In this document: piece by piece, positions 36,101 through 48,184 of the stretch | Layout: each line of letters opens with the position of its first letter | How positions within the stretch are numbered: the first letter of the stretch is position 1 | Assembly: GCA_043228905.1 (NCBI GenBank) | Contig: JBHGNT010000012.1 | Span: forward strand, 19,530,001 to 19,594,000 | Direction: 5' to 3' | DNA length: 64,000 nt | From: Azolla caroliniana | Lineage: Eukaryota > Plantae > Polypodiophyta | Program-made: the position numbers and the translations under genes | Notes under the pieces: model-generated | The model's database searches: none | Seen by the model: only the letters and a program-made list of their open reading frames with translations | Told to the model about the DNA's origin: nothing

Positions 36101-37422
36101 ACATTCTTAATGTAAGTTTGGCCACCTTCTTTGCTGAATGGAACATTGCCGATGTGCCAAATCGGATGAGTAGTGTCATCTCTGGTTTCGACATAGTCAG
36201 ATCAATCCAGCTCTCGAAGTTCTCCGAACCATTCTTGATGAGACGTCATATGGTTCGAGGCACCGGAGTCAACGAACCATATGTCTTCCGAACTACATGC
36301 ACTATTTGAAGTAGAAGCCGACATAGAATTTGCTCTATGTCTCATCAGGAACATTCTGCCATTATCATCATAGTCAGAGTTGGTTGCGTAATTGGTGAGT
36401 TGTCGACTAGTGGAAGCTGACTCGCACATCTTCTTTCAGCACTCTTCTTCGTGGTGACCAACTTTGTTGCAATATCCGCATTCGATCGAGGTTTGTCGGC
36501 TCAGGCCGGAATCGAAGCTCCCCCTTCATCCGAAGGTTCCTTGATGTCTTCTGTCTTGTTGCCGAAATTGGGAGTTGTTTTCATGAGTCGAACCTCATCC
36601 GCCTCGTCCTTGGCCGAATCGGCCTCTTGCCCGGCCGCATCCTCTTCCTCCATTCGAATGTGTGTAGAGCATGTGGCCTTCCAAGTCATTGCTCCTTATT
36701 TGAACATGGTTTTCTTCGACCAACAACATGGATTGAAGATCAAAGAATGAGGGTGGATTCTCTCATGCTAGTACGGCGGTCCTCATCATACCGAACCGTG
36801 GTGCAAGGCCATTGAGGCATATTTACACCATCTCATCATCGTCCACATGGACACTTATTGAGCCGAGTGAGTCATAAAGCTCCGTGATCTTCAAGGTGTA
36901 GCTTATGACGGACATATCCCTTTGTTGGATGTTGTTCAACTCTTGGTGTAGTTGAAGCTTTCTCGCAATTGTGTTGGCGGCGAAAATCTTTCGTAGATTC
37001 TCCCACACTTCCTTCAGCGTCTCAACTTCTCGAATGTAGCCAAGCATGTGGTCATGAACACATGTCGCCAAGCAATACATTACTCAACTCGCCACTTGCT
37101 CCCATGTTGAGTAGTCGGCATCCTTCGGGTCGGGTCGATTTTCTTGTGCTCCTTTGATGTAGCTCCAATATCCTTGACTGACATGGTATTGGTGCATCTT
37201 GTACTCCCAAGATGCAAAATTGTTTCGGTCCAACTTCTCGCTAGGGAGAGCGCACCCCATTTGAGTATTCATTGTCGATGAAGCTTTCTTTCTTCTTTTC
37301 CTTCCCTCTTGAACAAGAGCTATGTAGTCGCACTACGATAGCGATGAACCGGTTCCTCTCGAACGTCGGCGTAGAACACAACACACACGAATGGGCTAGA
37401 TCGAGCTACCAAACCGCTCTGA
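32557..37422 (-). mobile_element. Degenerate Copia lacking intact LTRs (same family as 42900-48184)
   Basis: Gag EKLDRNNFASWEYKMHQY from 37272; WFVDSGASNHM; ELWHKWIGH; KARLIAKGYTQ; YTDADWAG; HTKHIKVHYHFIRE. PBS remnant ATCAGAGC at ~37416-37423. Confidence 0.93.
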
Positions 37423-37670
37423 TGTTAGGAATATGTCCTTCCAGTGGGAGGAGCCGACTGCTCGGAGAGAGCCAACAGTCGAAGACAGGGAGCAGTCGAC
37501 TGATCGAATGAGAGCCAACAATTGAGTCGACTTAGAGAGAGTTGATCGAGGTTACCTCTTCCATGGACTTGAGTAGACCGATTTTATAATCAATCAGGCG
37601 TAGATGCAATTCATTATCCGAACTACTATTCAGTATTTCTAGCGCCCTCTTTGATGCAATTCGAGATTCT
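37423..37670 (+). repeat. LTR fragment abutting or inserted in the PBS of the Copia
   Basis: Starts TGTTAGGAATATGTCC, the same terminus as 40809. Right end uncertain. Confidence 0.65.
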
Positions 37671-37736
37671 CAAGAGTTTTCAAAGGCACATTATGAAAAC
37701 TTAACAAAAAGACCTCTCGTCAAATCAAATATTGTG

Positions 37737-37804
37737 GGGGCATTCCGAGAATTGAACTCAGGACCTCCCGCCTAAGCGAGAATCATTCCACTAGACGAAA
37801 TGCC
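37737..37804 (-). pseudogene. tRNA-Pro(AGG) pseudogene
   Basis: Reverse complement matches plant tRNA-Pro (GGGCATTTGGTCTAGTGG..GATTCTCGCTTAGG..GAGTTCAATTCTCGGAATGCCCC), with a short deletion in the anticodon stem. Confidence 0.85.
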
Positions 37805-37864
37805 ATTATGAATTTAAAAACAAGTACATGCACATTATGACAACTCATCGAAGCTAATATTGTG

Positions 37865-38325
37865 GGGGCCTTCAAAGAATTGAACATTAAGACCTCTTGT
37901 GCCCTAAGGAAGAATCATGCCCCTAGACCAAATGCCCTTGTGAGTTTTCAAAATCACATTCTAACTCGGGGCCTCTCGCACTCTAAGCGAGAATCATGCT
38001 ACTAGACCAAATGCCCTTGTGAATTTAAAAAGAAGCTTTAGAAGATATGGTTGTTTGTCAAGCTAGTATTGTGGGGCCATTCCGAGAATTGAACTCGGGA
38101 CCTCACCCAAGAATCATGCTACTAGAACAAATGAGCTTTTGAATGTCAAGTTTTGTAGCCGCAATTACATAACGGAACCTCTTGCACCGGAAGCGAGAAT
38201 AATTACACTAGACCAAATCCTTGTGACAAGTTTTATCAAATCACATTCAAGTAACCTCTCATCCGAGTAAGTAAAACGGGGGCATTCCACCCTAAGCAAG
38301 AATCATGTCACTAGACCAAATGCCC
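37865..38325 (-). pseudogene. Five further degenerate or partial tRNA-Pro copies (37865-37937, 37963-38016, 38073-38136, 38174-38220, 38278-38325)
   Basis: Recurring GAATCAT..CTAGACCAAATGCCC and GGGGCATTCC..AATTGAACTC with substitutions and deletions. Confidence 0.85.
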
Positions 38326-38379
38326 TTGTCAATTTTGACACGTGTAGGTAAAATATATTACAAATATATTTGACAACGA

Positions 38380-39670
38380 GCTTATTGATGTGGCCTTGAG
38401 GAAGTTGATTTTTCTATTTTTTATTATGATGAGTGATTATGGTGTGGGAACAGAAGCAGATTTTCATGACTAAGTGAGAAATTGTTTTTTTTTAACTCGT
38501 TTGTTGTGTTGTCCATACAAGATTTCGTTGATAATCAGCAACATTGACAGATGGTTGATGTTGATTGAATGAAGCGGGTTTTATTTTTCATTACGATGAT
38601 TGATGATGGCGGTGGGGATTGAAGCATGTTTCCATGAAGAGAGGATAAGTGAAGATGGTGTGATGGCCGAAGCATATCATGAGGAGATGTGGAAATTGTT
38701 TGCACTTAATTTGTTGTTGTTTTTCACAAGCCATTGTTGGTAATCGATGAGATGTTTGATGCGTACTGAATGAAGTAGTTTTTTTCTTTTGAGATAATGA
38801 TGAGTGGGAAGCATATTTTTCTTGAGGAGCCGTTGTTTGACGTAGTTGATTGTCTGTTTTTCATTACGATGAGTGATGGGGGTGTGGAAATTGAAGCATA
38901 TTTTCATGAGATGAGTGTTGATGGTGTGGGAGCTGAAGCAGATGATGAGATTATAATATCATTTTGTTCTCATAGGTACATCTTTTGGGAGATTTATATA
39001 TATATATATATATATATATATGGTGTTGTTCAATAGGATGATTATTGATGACGGTAGAGATTGAAGCATATTGCTATGATGAGAGGATGAGTGATGATGG
39101 CGTGGAGGCCGAAGCAATTCATGAGGAGAGGAGGAAATATTCTAGCCTCATTTTGTTTGTTATTTGTACAGGAATTGGGTGGTAATCGGCGAGATGGCTG
39201 ATGTGGATTGAATGAAGAATTTTTTCTGTGATAAGCATGAGTGAATATGGTGGAGGGGTCGAAGCCGACTATCATAAGTGGGTGAGGAAACTTTTAGACT
39301 AATTTTTGTTGTTAATACAGGATTTTCATGAACACTGGCAACATGCTAATCGGCGAGATGGTTGATGTGGACTGAATGAAGAATTTTTTTCTGTGATAAG
39401 GATGAGTGAAGATGGTGGGGGGGTCGAAGCCGACTATCATGAGTGGGTGAGGAAACTTTTAGACTAATTTTTTTTTGTTAATACAGGATTTTAGTGGACA
39501 TTGGCAACATGCTAATCGGCGAGATGGCTGATGTGGACTGAATGAGGAAATTTTTTCTGTGATAAGGATGAGTGAAGATGGTGGGAGGGTTGAAGCCGAC
39601 TATCATGAGTGGGTGAGGAAACTTTTAGACTAATTTTTTGTTGTTAATATAGGATTTTCATTGACATTAC
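38380..39670. repeat. ~165-bp tandem repeat (3 close copies at 39165-39670, diverged copies upstream)
   Basis: TAATCGGCGAGATGG at 39183, 39347 and 39513. Confidence 0.88.
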
Positions 39671-40184
39671 CAAGATGCCAAGATGGTATACAAGGAGTTT
39701 GACAGATCATCCCTAGATGAATGTATGTTGGTGCTATTGGAACATGTCATGGTCATAAATGGAACTATTGATTTACATGTTAAGGCATCAAATGGACTTC
39801 TATCATGAACTGTAGTGGAAGCAGTTGGTCATATTGGTCTACGGGGTTGTTTACCTCTTTTTCTTATGGTGATGAACAGTATATAGGTGTAGAAACAGTA
39901 TTCTCTAGGCATATCTACCATGGTGGCCCTGAAAACATACTTTTGGAAGCAGCGCTAAATGCGATATTTACATTGAGCAGCACTACGGTGGAGGTGTTGT
40001 TTTCTCTAGTTGAAGCTATTTGTTTTAGATGGGGTTCAATAGTTCAATAGTTTTCTACTTAATTATGTTGAATTTTTCTTTGTAATACTGAACTTTTTTG
40101 TATATTGCCTTTGGCCACTTTATGTTAATACCAATGGAGGATATTTTTTATGGAAAAATATATATATATATATTACAAATATTC

Positions 40185-40655
40185 TAACAATTGAACTCAA
40201 AAACCTCGCATCAAAGTTGGTAAAATCACTAAACTATGCACATTATGAAAATTGAACTCGAAGTCCTCTCGTCGAATTTACTAACATGGGGGTATTCTAG
40301 GAATTGCACTCATGACCTCTCACACCCAAAGCATGAATATGCCATTAGACCAAATGTCGTTGTCAAGTTTTATGTGCAAATTCAGATAATTGAAGCAAAA
40401 AACTTACGTTGGCGTTAAAGTGCTTGGTTAAATTATTAAACTAGGCACATTTTGACAACTGAACTCAAAAATTTCTTGTCGAAGTTAGTAAAGTTATTAA
40501 ACTATGCACATTTTGAAAATTGAACTCAAAGACCTCTCATTAAAGTAAGTAAAGTGGTGTCATTCTGAGAATTGAAGTTTTAGAACTAGAAGATATGGAT
40601 CCTTGTCAAGAGTTTTTAAGGGCACATTATGAAAACTAAACTAAAAGTCCTCTCC
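40185..40655 (-). pseudogene. Degenerate tRNA-Pro(TGG) copy (~40288-40359) within tRNA T-arm-like ~60-bp repeats
   Basis: GGGGTATTCTAGGAATTGCACTCATGACCTCTCACACCCAAAGC..TAGACCAAATG; flanking units GCACATTWTGAAAATTGAACTC..CCTCTC. Confidence 0.75.
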
Positions 40656-40808
40656 TAGGCTATCCAAAGTTCTATCTCCTTTTCTACCTCTTTCAAGTCT
40701 AATAGGTTTTCAAATTGGTCACGTACTAGTGCGATAACATCCATTCCCCTTGCTATGGTGCTTGGATGTGCTAACCGAGTCCAATTGGCTAGCATGATGA
40801 CTTCATTT

Positions 40809-40894
40809 TGTTAGGAATATGTCCCTCCAATGGGAGGAGTTGACTGCTCGAAGAAGATTCGTTTTCTAGTGGATTGAAGATTCGTTTCTCAACA
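40809..40894 (+). mobile_element. 86-bp internally deleted solo LTR with TSD CATTT
   Basis: CATTT-TGTTAGGAATATG...TTTCTCAACA-CATTT. Confidence 0.8.
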
Positions 40895-41913
40895 CATTTA
40901 GGTCTAAATCTTTTTCACTAATGGATATTGATTGTTTGGGGTTCTTTTTAGTCATTAAGGTGGGTTTATATTTAAAAAGGTCCCTTTAAGGTGTTTTTGT
41001 GTTCTTTCGTTCGTTTGAAAAAATATATATTCTTGTCTAAAAGTTTCAATTTTCTCCATGAAATTATTTCTCGTTCGAAAATCCTATTCTTAGAGAAAAG
41101 TGATTTTTTCATACAAAAAATTTCCAATTTTGATTGAGAAATGATTTACCATCCGAATTTTTTGAATTCCAATCCAAAACAAATTTCTCTTTTGAAATGA
41201 TGATTTCTAGTTCAAGATGAGTTCTCGTCCAAATTTTACTTTTTTCATAATATTACAAAATCTTTGAATTTCTTATGCCTCTTATATTACCTTTTGCCTT
41301 TATAGTGGGAGAGAAAAGTATCAACATATATTACGTGAAACATTTTAGGTAGTAATCACCTACTTATGGGATATGAGGTGTGGTTATGGAAAAATAAAAG
41401 TTAAAATTTTGATTATAGAAAACAAATAGTACACTAAAAACCAAAACAAGCATTGAGATATTTAAACTTCTTGATTTAGCCTTTTATTCATCTTGTTGGG
41501 GCATCCTCAATGTCCTCCTTCTATATGGGTTCTCTCACCTATGGTTTTCCTTGGGATCTTACGAAAAGCCCACCAATAGCCTCACTTAGGTCATGTGTCA
41601 AGCCTAGATCACCGTTTACCTTTTCATTTGTGAAACAAGCAAGACCGGACATCAAGAACTCTTGAGCTACTAAAACTTGTACATTATGACCTAAGAGAAC
41701 TCTTCCACTCCTCTCATGTATAAATTATTTTTGAAACCAAGAACCTAATTAATAACACGATTTGGTTTCCTCTTCCACTTTCCAGAGTAATGTGGCCACA
41801 AGGCTTTAGATTCCCTAGCTTTTCCTCATGTGCCTTATTCTCTTGCACCTAAGCTTTCATCCTTAGCACCAATGTCAAATCATTGTTGGACCATGAATTA
41901 GTGTCACTATGTG

Positions 41914-41949
<36 letters not shown>

Positions 41950-42899
41950 AGAGAAAATTTTGAAATGGTAGTTTTATGATAGATCGGGATTCTGGTTGAA
42001 CATATCATCAAAAGAAAAGTAAGGAGATGAAATTTAAGTGAACAACAAAGAATAGCTCAAATGTTGAGAGTTCCCATTGGAACAACTAGATCAAGCATTC
42101 AATGCCTACTAAAGGCAACAAAATGGAAAAAATATGAGCCACAAAGCATAAGCAACGCCAATGAAGTGATGAGTAAATGAATACGTCAATAAAAATTTGT
42201 CTAACATTGGTCGCCCATCTGAGGATAAGAACAAGTGTATGCCCTAAAGGAAAGAGTAGTGTTGAATGCTATAAAATACATTATCTTTTATCAATGGTGC
42301 ATGGTAGAAGAGAGAGTGTTATTTTTATCCAACAAGAGAGTTCTTGAAGCTATATAATAAGCAAGGGAGCTCATTGTTAACTTCACACAAAATTTCGTTA
42401 TTGAGTGACCGGGCTTTGTTGACAAACATAATCATGGGGTGGCAAATCACAAGGGTGCATGGAAGGCCTGCAATGACCAAGATGATGTTTGTCTTCAATT
42501 GTAGACTCTCCATTTGGAATCAAGGATATCAACGCAAGCTCTTTAATGTATTAATCCCACTCGTCCTAGGTAAAATGGTTTAACTATTGTAAATCTCATT
42601 TTGACCTTAATTTTGTTTCCTCCCAAACTTGATGTAATTTGCGATCATTATAACAACCTTTGTGATTTAACCTAAATTCGGGATTGCAAAATGATATTGA
42701 CAAGACGTAGGATTCAAATTCATGCTTCTGATTTATCAGCACTCAATCTTAGGTCTCGTAATTGGACCTAGGGACACCTTTGTCTCAAATCAGCCCTAGC
42801 TAAGATTGATTTATCCTTAGGCAAAGAGAAAGCTCCTTAGAGCCAAGAGGAGTAAATAACTACTCATTGAGACCAAGCTCAACTGGCAGAAGTCTTTCA

Positions 42900-45800
42900 T
42901 GTTGAGAATCAAACTCAACTTCCCTAGTGTGGGAACACACCCTAGTATACTCATGTGTGAACACCCCACCACCTAATATAGTAACTAGTGTGTCATAGAA
43001 CCTTAAAGTTCTATGACACATATTTAGTGTAGTTAAGTCTCCACCACTCTTTAGTAAGTGGTGGTTGTATAGAGAGAAGGTGACTACATAAGCACCTCTC
43101 TCCTCTTTGTAACAGTTGGTTGATTCTTGTTCTTATTAATACAATTTTTCTTGTTTTCCATAAAACTCTGTTCTCTCTCTCTCTCTCTCTCTAGACACAC
43201 ACGCGTGCGTGCGAAACACACATATCTCTTCTGCTGCAAAGAATCCTATCTAATTCTTTACATGGTATCAGAGCGCTTGGTAGCTTGATCCAAGCCCATC
43301 GTCTTCGCTAGTGTTGTGTCTCGCCTACGTTCATGAAGAACCGGTCGATTGTTGTAGCAGCAACCTGCACATTTCGAATGAAGAAGATTCAACATGAATA
43401 CTCGGATGGGAAGTGGTCTTCCCACCGAGAAACTCAGCAGAAACAACTTTGCATCTTGGGAGTACAAGATGCACCAATACCTTGTCGGCCAAGGCTATTG
43501 GGGTTATATCGAGGGAGCACAAGAAACGCAACCCAACCCAACACATGCCGACTACCTAGCTTGGGAGCACACGACGAGTCGTGCATTGTACTGCCTTGCA
43601 TCATGCATCCATGATCACATGCTCGGCTACATCCAAGAGGCCAAAACGCTAAAGAGGCACGGGGGAATCTCAAAAAGATATTTGTGGTCAATACGACCAC
43701 AAGAAAGCTTCAACTTTGTCAAGAGTTGGACAACATACAACAGAGGGACATGTCAATCGGCAACTACATCTTGAAGATCAAGGAGTTGTGCAACTCTCGT
43801 GAGTTGTGCAACGTCAACATCGACATTAATGAAATGGTGCAAATATGCCTCGGTGGATTAGCACCTCGATTCGGCGCAATAAGGTCAGCCGTCCTTGCAA
43901 GGGAAAATCCTCCCTCCTTTTTCGATCTCCAGTCAATGCTACTGGTCAAAGAAAATCATGTTTGGACAAGAAGAAATGTGCATGAAGGACATATGCTCTA
44001 TACGAATTTTGATGGAGGAAGAGGACAAGGTCATGGAAGAAGAGGTTGATTCGGCCAAGGCCGACACAACCAAGAACAACCCCGAGAACTCAACTACTAC
44101 TACCTTCAAGACATTTCAAATGCGCGAGGCGGAGTGTCTGGCTGAAGGGGGAGCAATCATGCCGGACCCAACCGATAAAACAATTCCGTTCAGTGCGGAT
44201 ATTGTGGCAAATTCGGCCACTATGACATAGAGTGTCAGAAGAAGAAGAGCGAGTCAACCTCCACATGCTGACAACTCACCAACTACGCCTCAAACTCTAA
44301 CTACGATGATCGTGGAGAAATGTTCATGATGTGACACAAAGCGAATTCGATGACGGAATTATGCCTGACAAGCACCTCCAACTTAGAAAATGTATGGTTT
44401 TTCGATTTGGGTACATGCAATCACATGACGTCTCATAAAGATTGGTTTCGAGAGTTACGAAAACCCGAACAACCTGGCTATGTGGAAACTGGGGATGACA
44501 CGATTCACCCCATTTAGCATGTCAGAAACGTCCCTTTCAACAAAGAAGGGAATCAAACCTACATCAAAAACGTCTTGCATGTTCCAACTATAACGAAGAA
44601 TCTAGACTCGGTCAGCTAGATTGTGGAACAAGGCATGCAAGTTTGATTCAATGATAGAGGATGCTTCATCGAAAAGGAAGGCTGAATTATCGCTCACGGT
44701 CGAAGAGAAGGCCGAATGTTCATCCTCGATTCACACAAGATGAAATTGGCAATGTTTGCCAAGGGAAATAAAGCCAACGCCGACATAGAGTTGTGGCACA
44801 AAAGAATCAGCCACATCAATCTTCAAAAGCTCAAAGGAATGCAATCGAAAGGAGTCATCATCAGACTCCCGACTTTTACCAAAAAGGAGATTGCATGCAT
44901 ATGCGAAGCCTGCCAATTCGGTAAACAACATCAACAAACGTTCCTGAAAGAGAGGAACGTGAGCAAAGGGATCCTAGATGTCATACATTTAGATGTATGG
45001 GGACCAGCCCAAATCGCTACATTCGGAAGATACTAGTACTATGTGACGTTCATCGACGATTTCTCCAGGCACGCCTAGATCTACCCTATGCAGTAGACGA
45101 GCAAAGTGTTCGGACACTTCCAAAAATTCAAAAACGAAGTCAAAAAGGCAACCGGTCGACATGTCCAATGCCTTTGATCGGACAACGACAAGGAATATTT
45201 CTTCGACGCCTTCACAGCATACCTTCAACGAGAAGGAATTCGTCTAGAGTTTACCTGCGGACACACACCTCAACAAAATAGAGTAGCCGAACAAAAAAAC
45301 CGGCATATACTTGAGGTGGCAAGGGCAATGATGAATGAGAAACATCTGCCGAAATCATATTGGGTTGAAGCGGCGAACACGACCGTCTATCTAATGAATT
45401 GTTGCACAACATCTGGAGTGCAAAATATTACCCCCCCCCACGAAAAGTTCTATGGAAAGAAGCTGGATCTATCCCACATACGGATATTCGGCTCTATCGC
45501 ATTTGTACACATTCCCGATGAAAAGCGACAAAAGCTCGATCCGAAATTGGAGAAGTGTATCCTTGTGGGGTACTCGCTCGAACAAAAGGGGTATAAGTGC
45601 TTCAACCCCTCTACCCAAAAGGTATGAGTGAGTAGGGATGTCGTATTCGACGAATCGGCATCCTAGTACACGGTCAACTCAGCTCCATCCAGCCTAATCG
45701 AAACTGATTTCGATATAATCAACTCGGATGAAGATGATCAACTAAGGCTCACAACAGAGGAAAGTCCAATCTCAACTAGATTGAGTGGACCACATGAGCC

Positions 45801-48066
45801 ACCGAGCGACCAAAGCACATTGTGGGCGAGTCCGAAACAAAACAAAAGAAAGGTCAAAATGCCTGACTATGAAGACTCAAATGGAAACGAATCGGATCGC
45901 TCACCCGACAATGAGTATGGTGGATTGGATGTTCCTAGCATGGGACACCATGTGCACCTCGACGCTCCACCCGAGAAAAGAATGTAGTCAATCGATTCGG
46001 CTACAATGACTACATGGCATATCATTATGCATTCATGATGAAGGTGGCGACAACTCGAGAGCCGAAATTGTTTTCTGAAGCCTCGAAGGACCACGCGATG
46101 GGTCGAAGTGATGAATGAGGAGATGCAAGCACTCTCCCAAAAGGAGACATGGGATCTTGTCCCCTCTTCACCCCATCAAAAGGTAATTGGATGCCGATGG
46201 ATATACAATGTGAAGCACAATGTCGACGGCACCGTTAATCAGTATAAGGCCCAGCTTGTGGCAAAAGGGTATGCACAGACACACGGGGTCGATTACGAAG
46301 AGACCTTTGCCCTAGTGGCAAAGATGATAACCATTTGAACCGTGATCGCGCTTGCAACAGCAAAGGGTTGGCACCTCCACCAAATGGACATAAAGAATGC
46401 TTTTCTACTAGGCGAGTTAGAAGAGGAGGTGTACATGGTACAACTACCCGGATTTGAGTCGACCACGCATCTGACTGTTGTCTGCCGACTCAAAAAGCCT
46501 CTCTACGGTCTCAAGCAGGCACCGAGATCATGGCATTCGGAGATAACCCAATATCTTCACCAAATCGGCTTTGAAATGTCCAAGTCCGACAATTCATTGT
46601 TCATCCGGAGCGACTCTAGAGGATAGGTATTCATCATAATATATGTGGATGACTTGGTCATTAGAGGAGAGCACTTAGCAAATATCAATCATATCAAAAA
46701 GCTTCTCTCTAGCCGATTCAAAATGAAAGACATGAAGGAGCTACATTACTTTCTAGGTATAGAAGTAATTAGGACTCCATTCAGCATCATGATCTCCCAA
46801 CGACACTATGTTCTGAATCTTCTCTTCAAGTTTGGGATGACAGAGTGTAAGCCCATCGCTACCCCTCTCGATCGAAATCTAAGGTTAGATGCCGACTGCG
46901 GCACAAAAGAGTGTGAGCCAACTTTCGGAAGCCTTTATCTATCCCACCATTACTCGGTCTGACTTCAACTATCCAGTCGGCTTCCTTAGCCAATTCATGA
47001 AAACTCTGTGTGACATTCATCTCGACTATGCTAAGCGAGTGTTACACTATGTGAGTAGGACGATGGATTTCGGCATCCTCTACAGATCGGCCACACTGAT
47101 TCGACTCGAAGGGTACACTGATGCCAATTGGGCCAGCTACAAAGCTGACAGACGATGAATATTGGGATTTGTCTTCTCCCTCTATAGCGAGGCAATCTCC
47201 TAGAGCAACAAAAAGCAACCGACAATCACATTGTTGAGCATAGAAGCCGAATACAGGGGTGCAACCGTCGCCGCATGTGAAGTCATTTGGCTAAACCATA
47301 TATTGAAGGATGTGGGCATTCCCATCAAGGATCCTATTCTTCTCTACTGCGACAACATGAGCAGCATTCACTTGGCCCGCAACCCAGTATTCCACGCTCA
47401 AACTAAGCACATTGAGGCGCACTATCATTTCATCCGAGAACGTGTCCTGGCCGAACACGTCGACCTGCAACACATCAGTACGAATATGCAAACGACTGAC
47501 ATCTTCACACAAGGCCCTAGGCGCCGACAAGTTACGGCAGTTCATGGCAACACATCAGTACGAATATGCAAACGACTGACATCCTGCAACACATCAGTAC
47601 GAATATGCAAACGACTGACATCTTCACACAAGGCCCTAGGCGCCGACAAGTTACGGCAGTTCATGGCAAACCTCAATCTCTCATCACCGACCAACCAAGC
47701 TTGAGGGGGAGTATGGATAAGGAGTCGCCCGACGTGACGTCAATCGAAGACCAAACCAAGTGGGTCGGCTATCCAAAACCGAAGTCGGAGCTGACTCAAA
47801 GCCAACCGGAAGTTATGTTTGAGGGGGCGTGTTGAGAATCAAACTCAACTTCCCTAGTGTGTGAACACACCCTTGCATACTCATGTGCACCCCACCTCCT
47901 AATATAGTAACTAGTGTGTAGTGTAGTTAAGTCTCCACCACTCTTTAGTAAGTGGTGGTTGTATAGAGAGAAGGTGACTACATAAGCACCCCTCTCCTCC
48001 TCTTTGTAACAGTTGGTTGATTCTTGTTCTTATTAATACAGTTTTTCTTGTTTTCCATATAATTAT

Positions 48067-48117
<51 letters not shown>

Positions 48118-48184
48118 ACACACACACACACACGTAAACACACATATCTCTTCCACTGCATAGAATCCTATCCAATTCTTTACA
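42900..48184 (+). mobile_element. Structurally complete but coding-dead Ty1/Copia; LTRs 42900-43262 and 47830-48184; TSD TTTCA
   Basis: TGTTGAGAATC...TTTACA LTRs; PBS TGGTATCAGAGC at 43263-43274; PPT GAGGGGGCG at 47821-47829; gag-pol 43394-~47720 with many stops and frameshifts. Confidence 0.97.
47465..47670 (+). repeat. Nested tandem duplications at the end of RNase H
   Basis: CAACACATCAGTACGAATATGCAAACGACTGACATC three times; the following ~45 bp twice. Confidence 0.9.

Noticed and set aside
37737-40359. Functional tRNA-Pro genes
   Set aside because: Every copy has stem-breaking substitutions or deletions.
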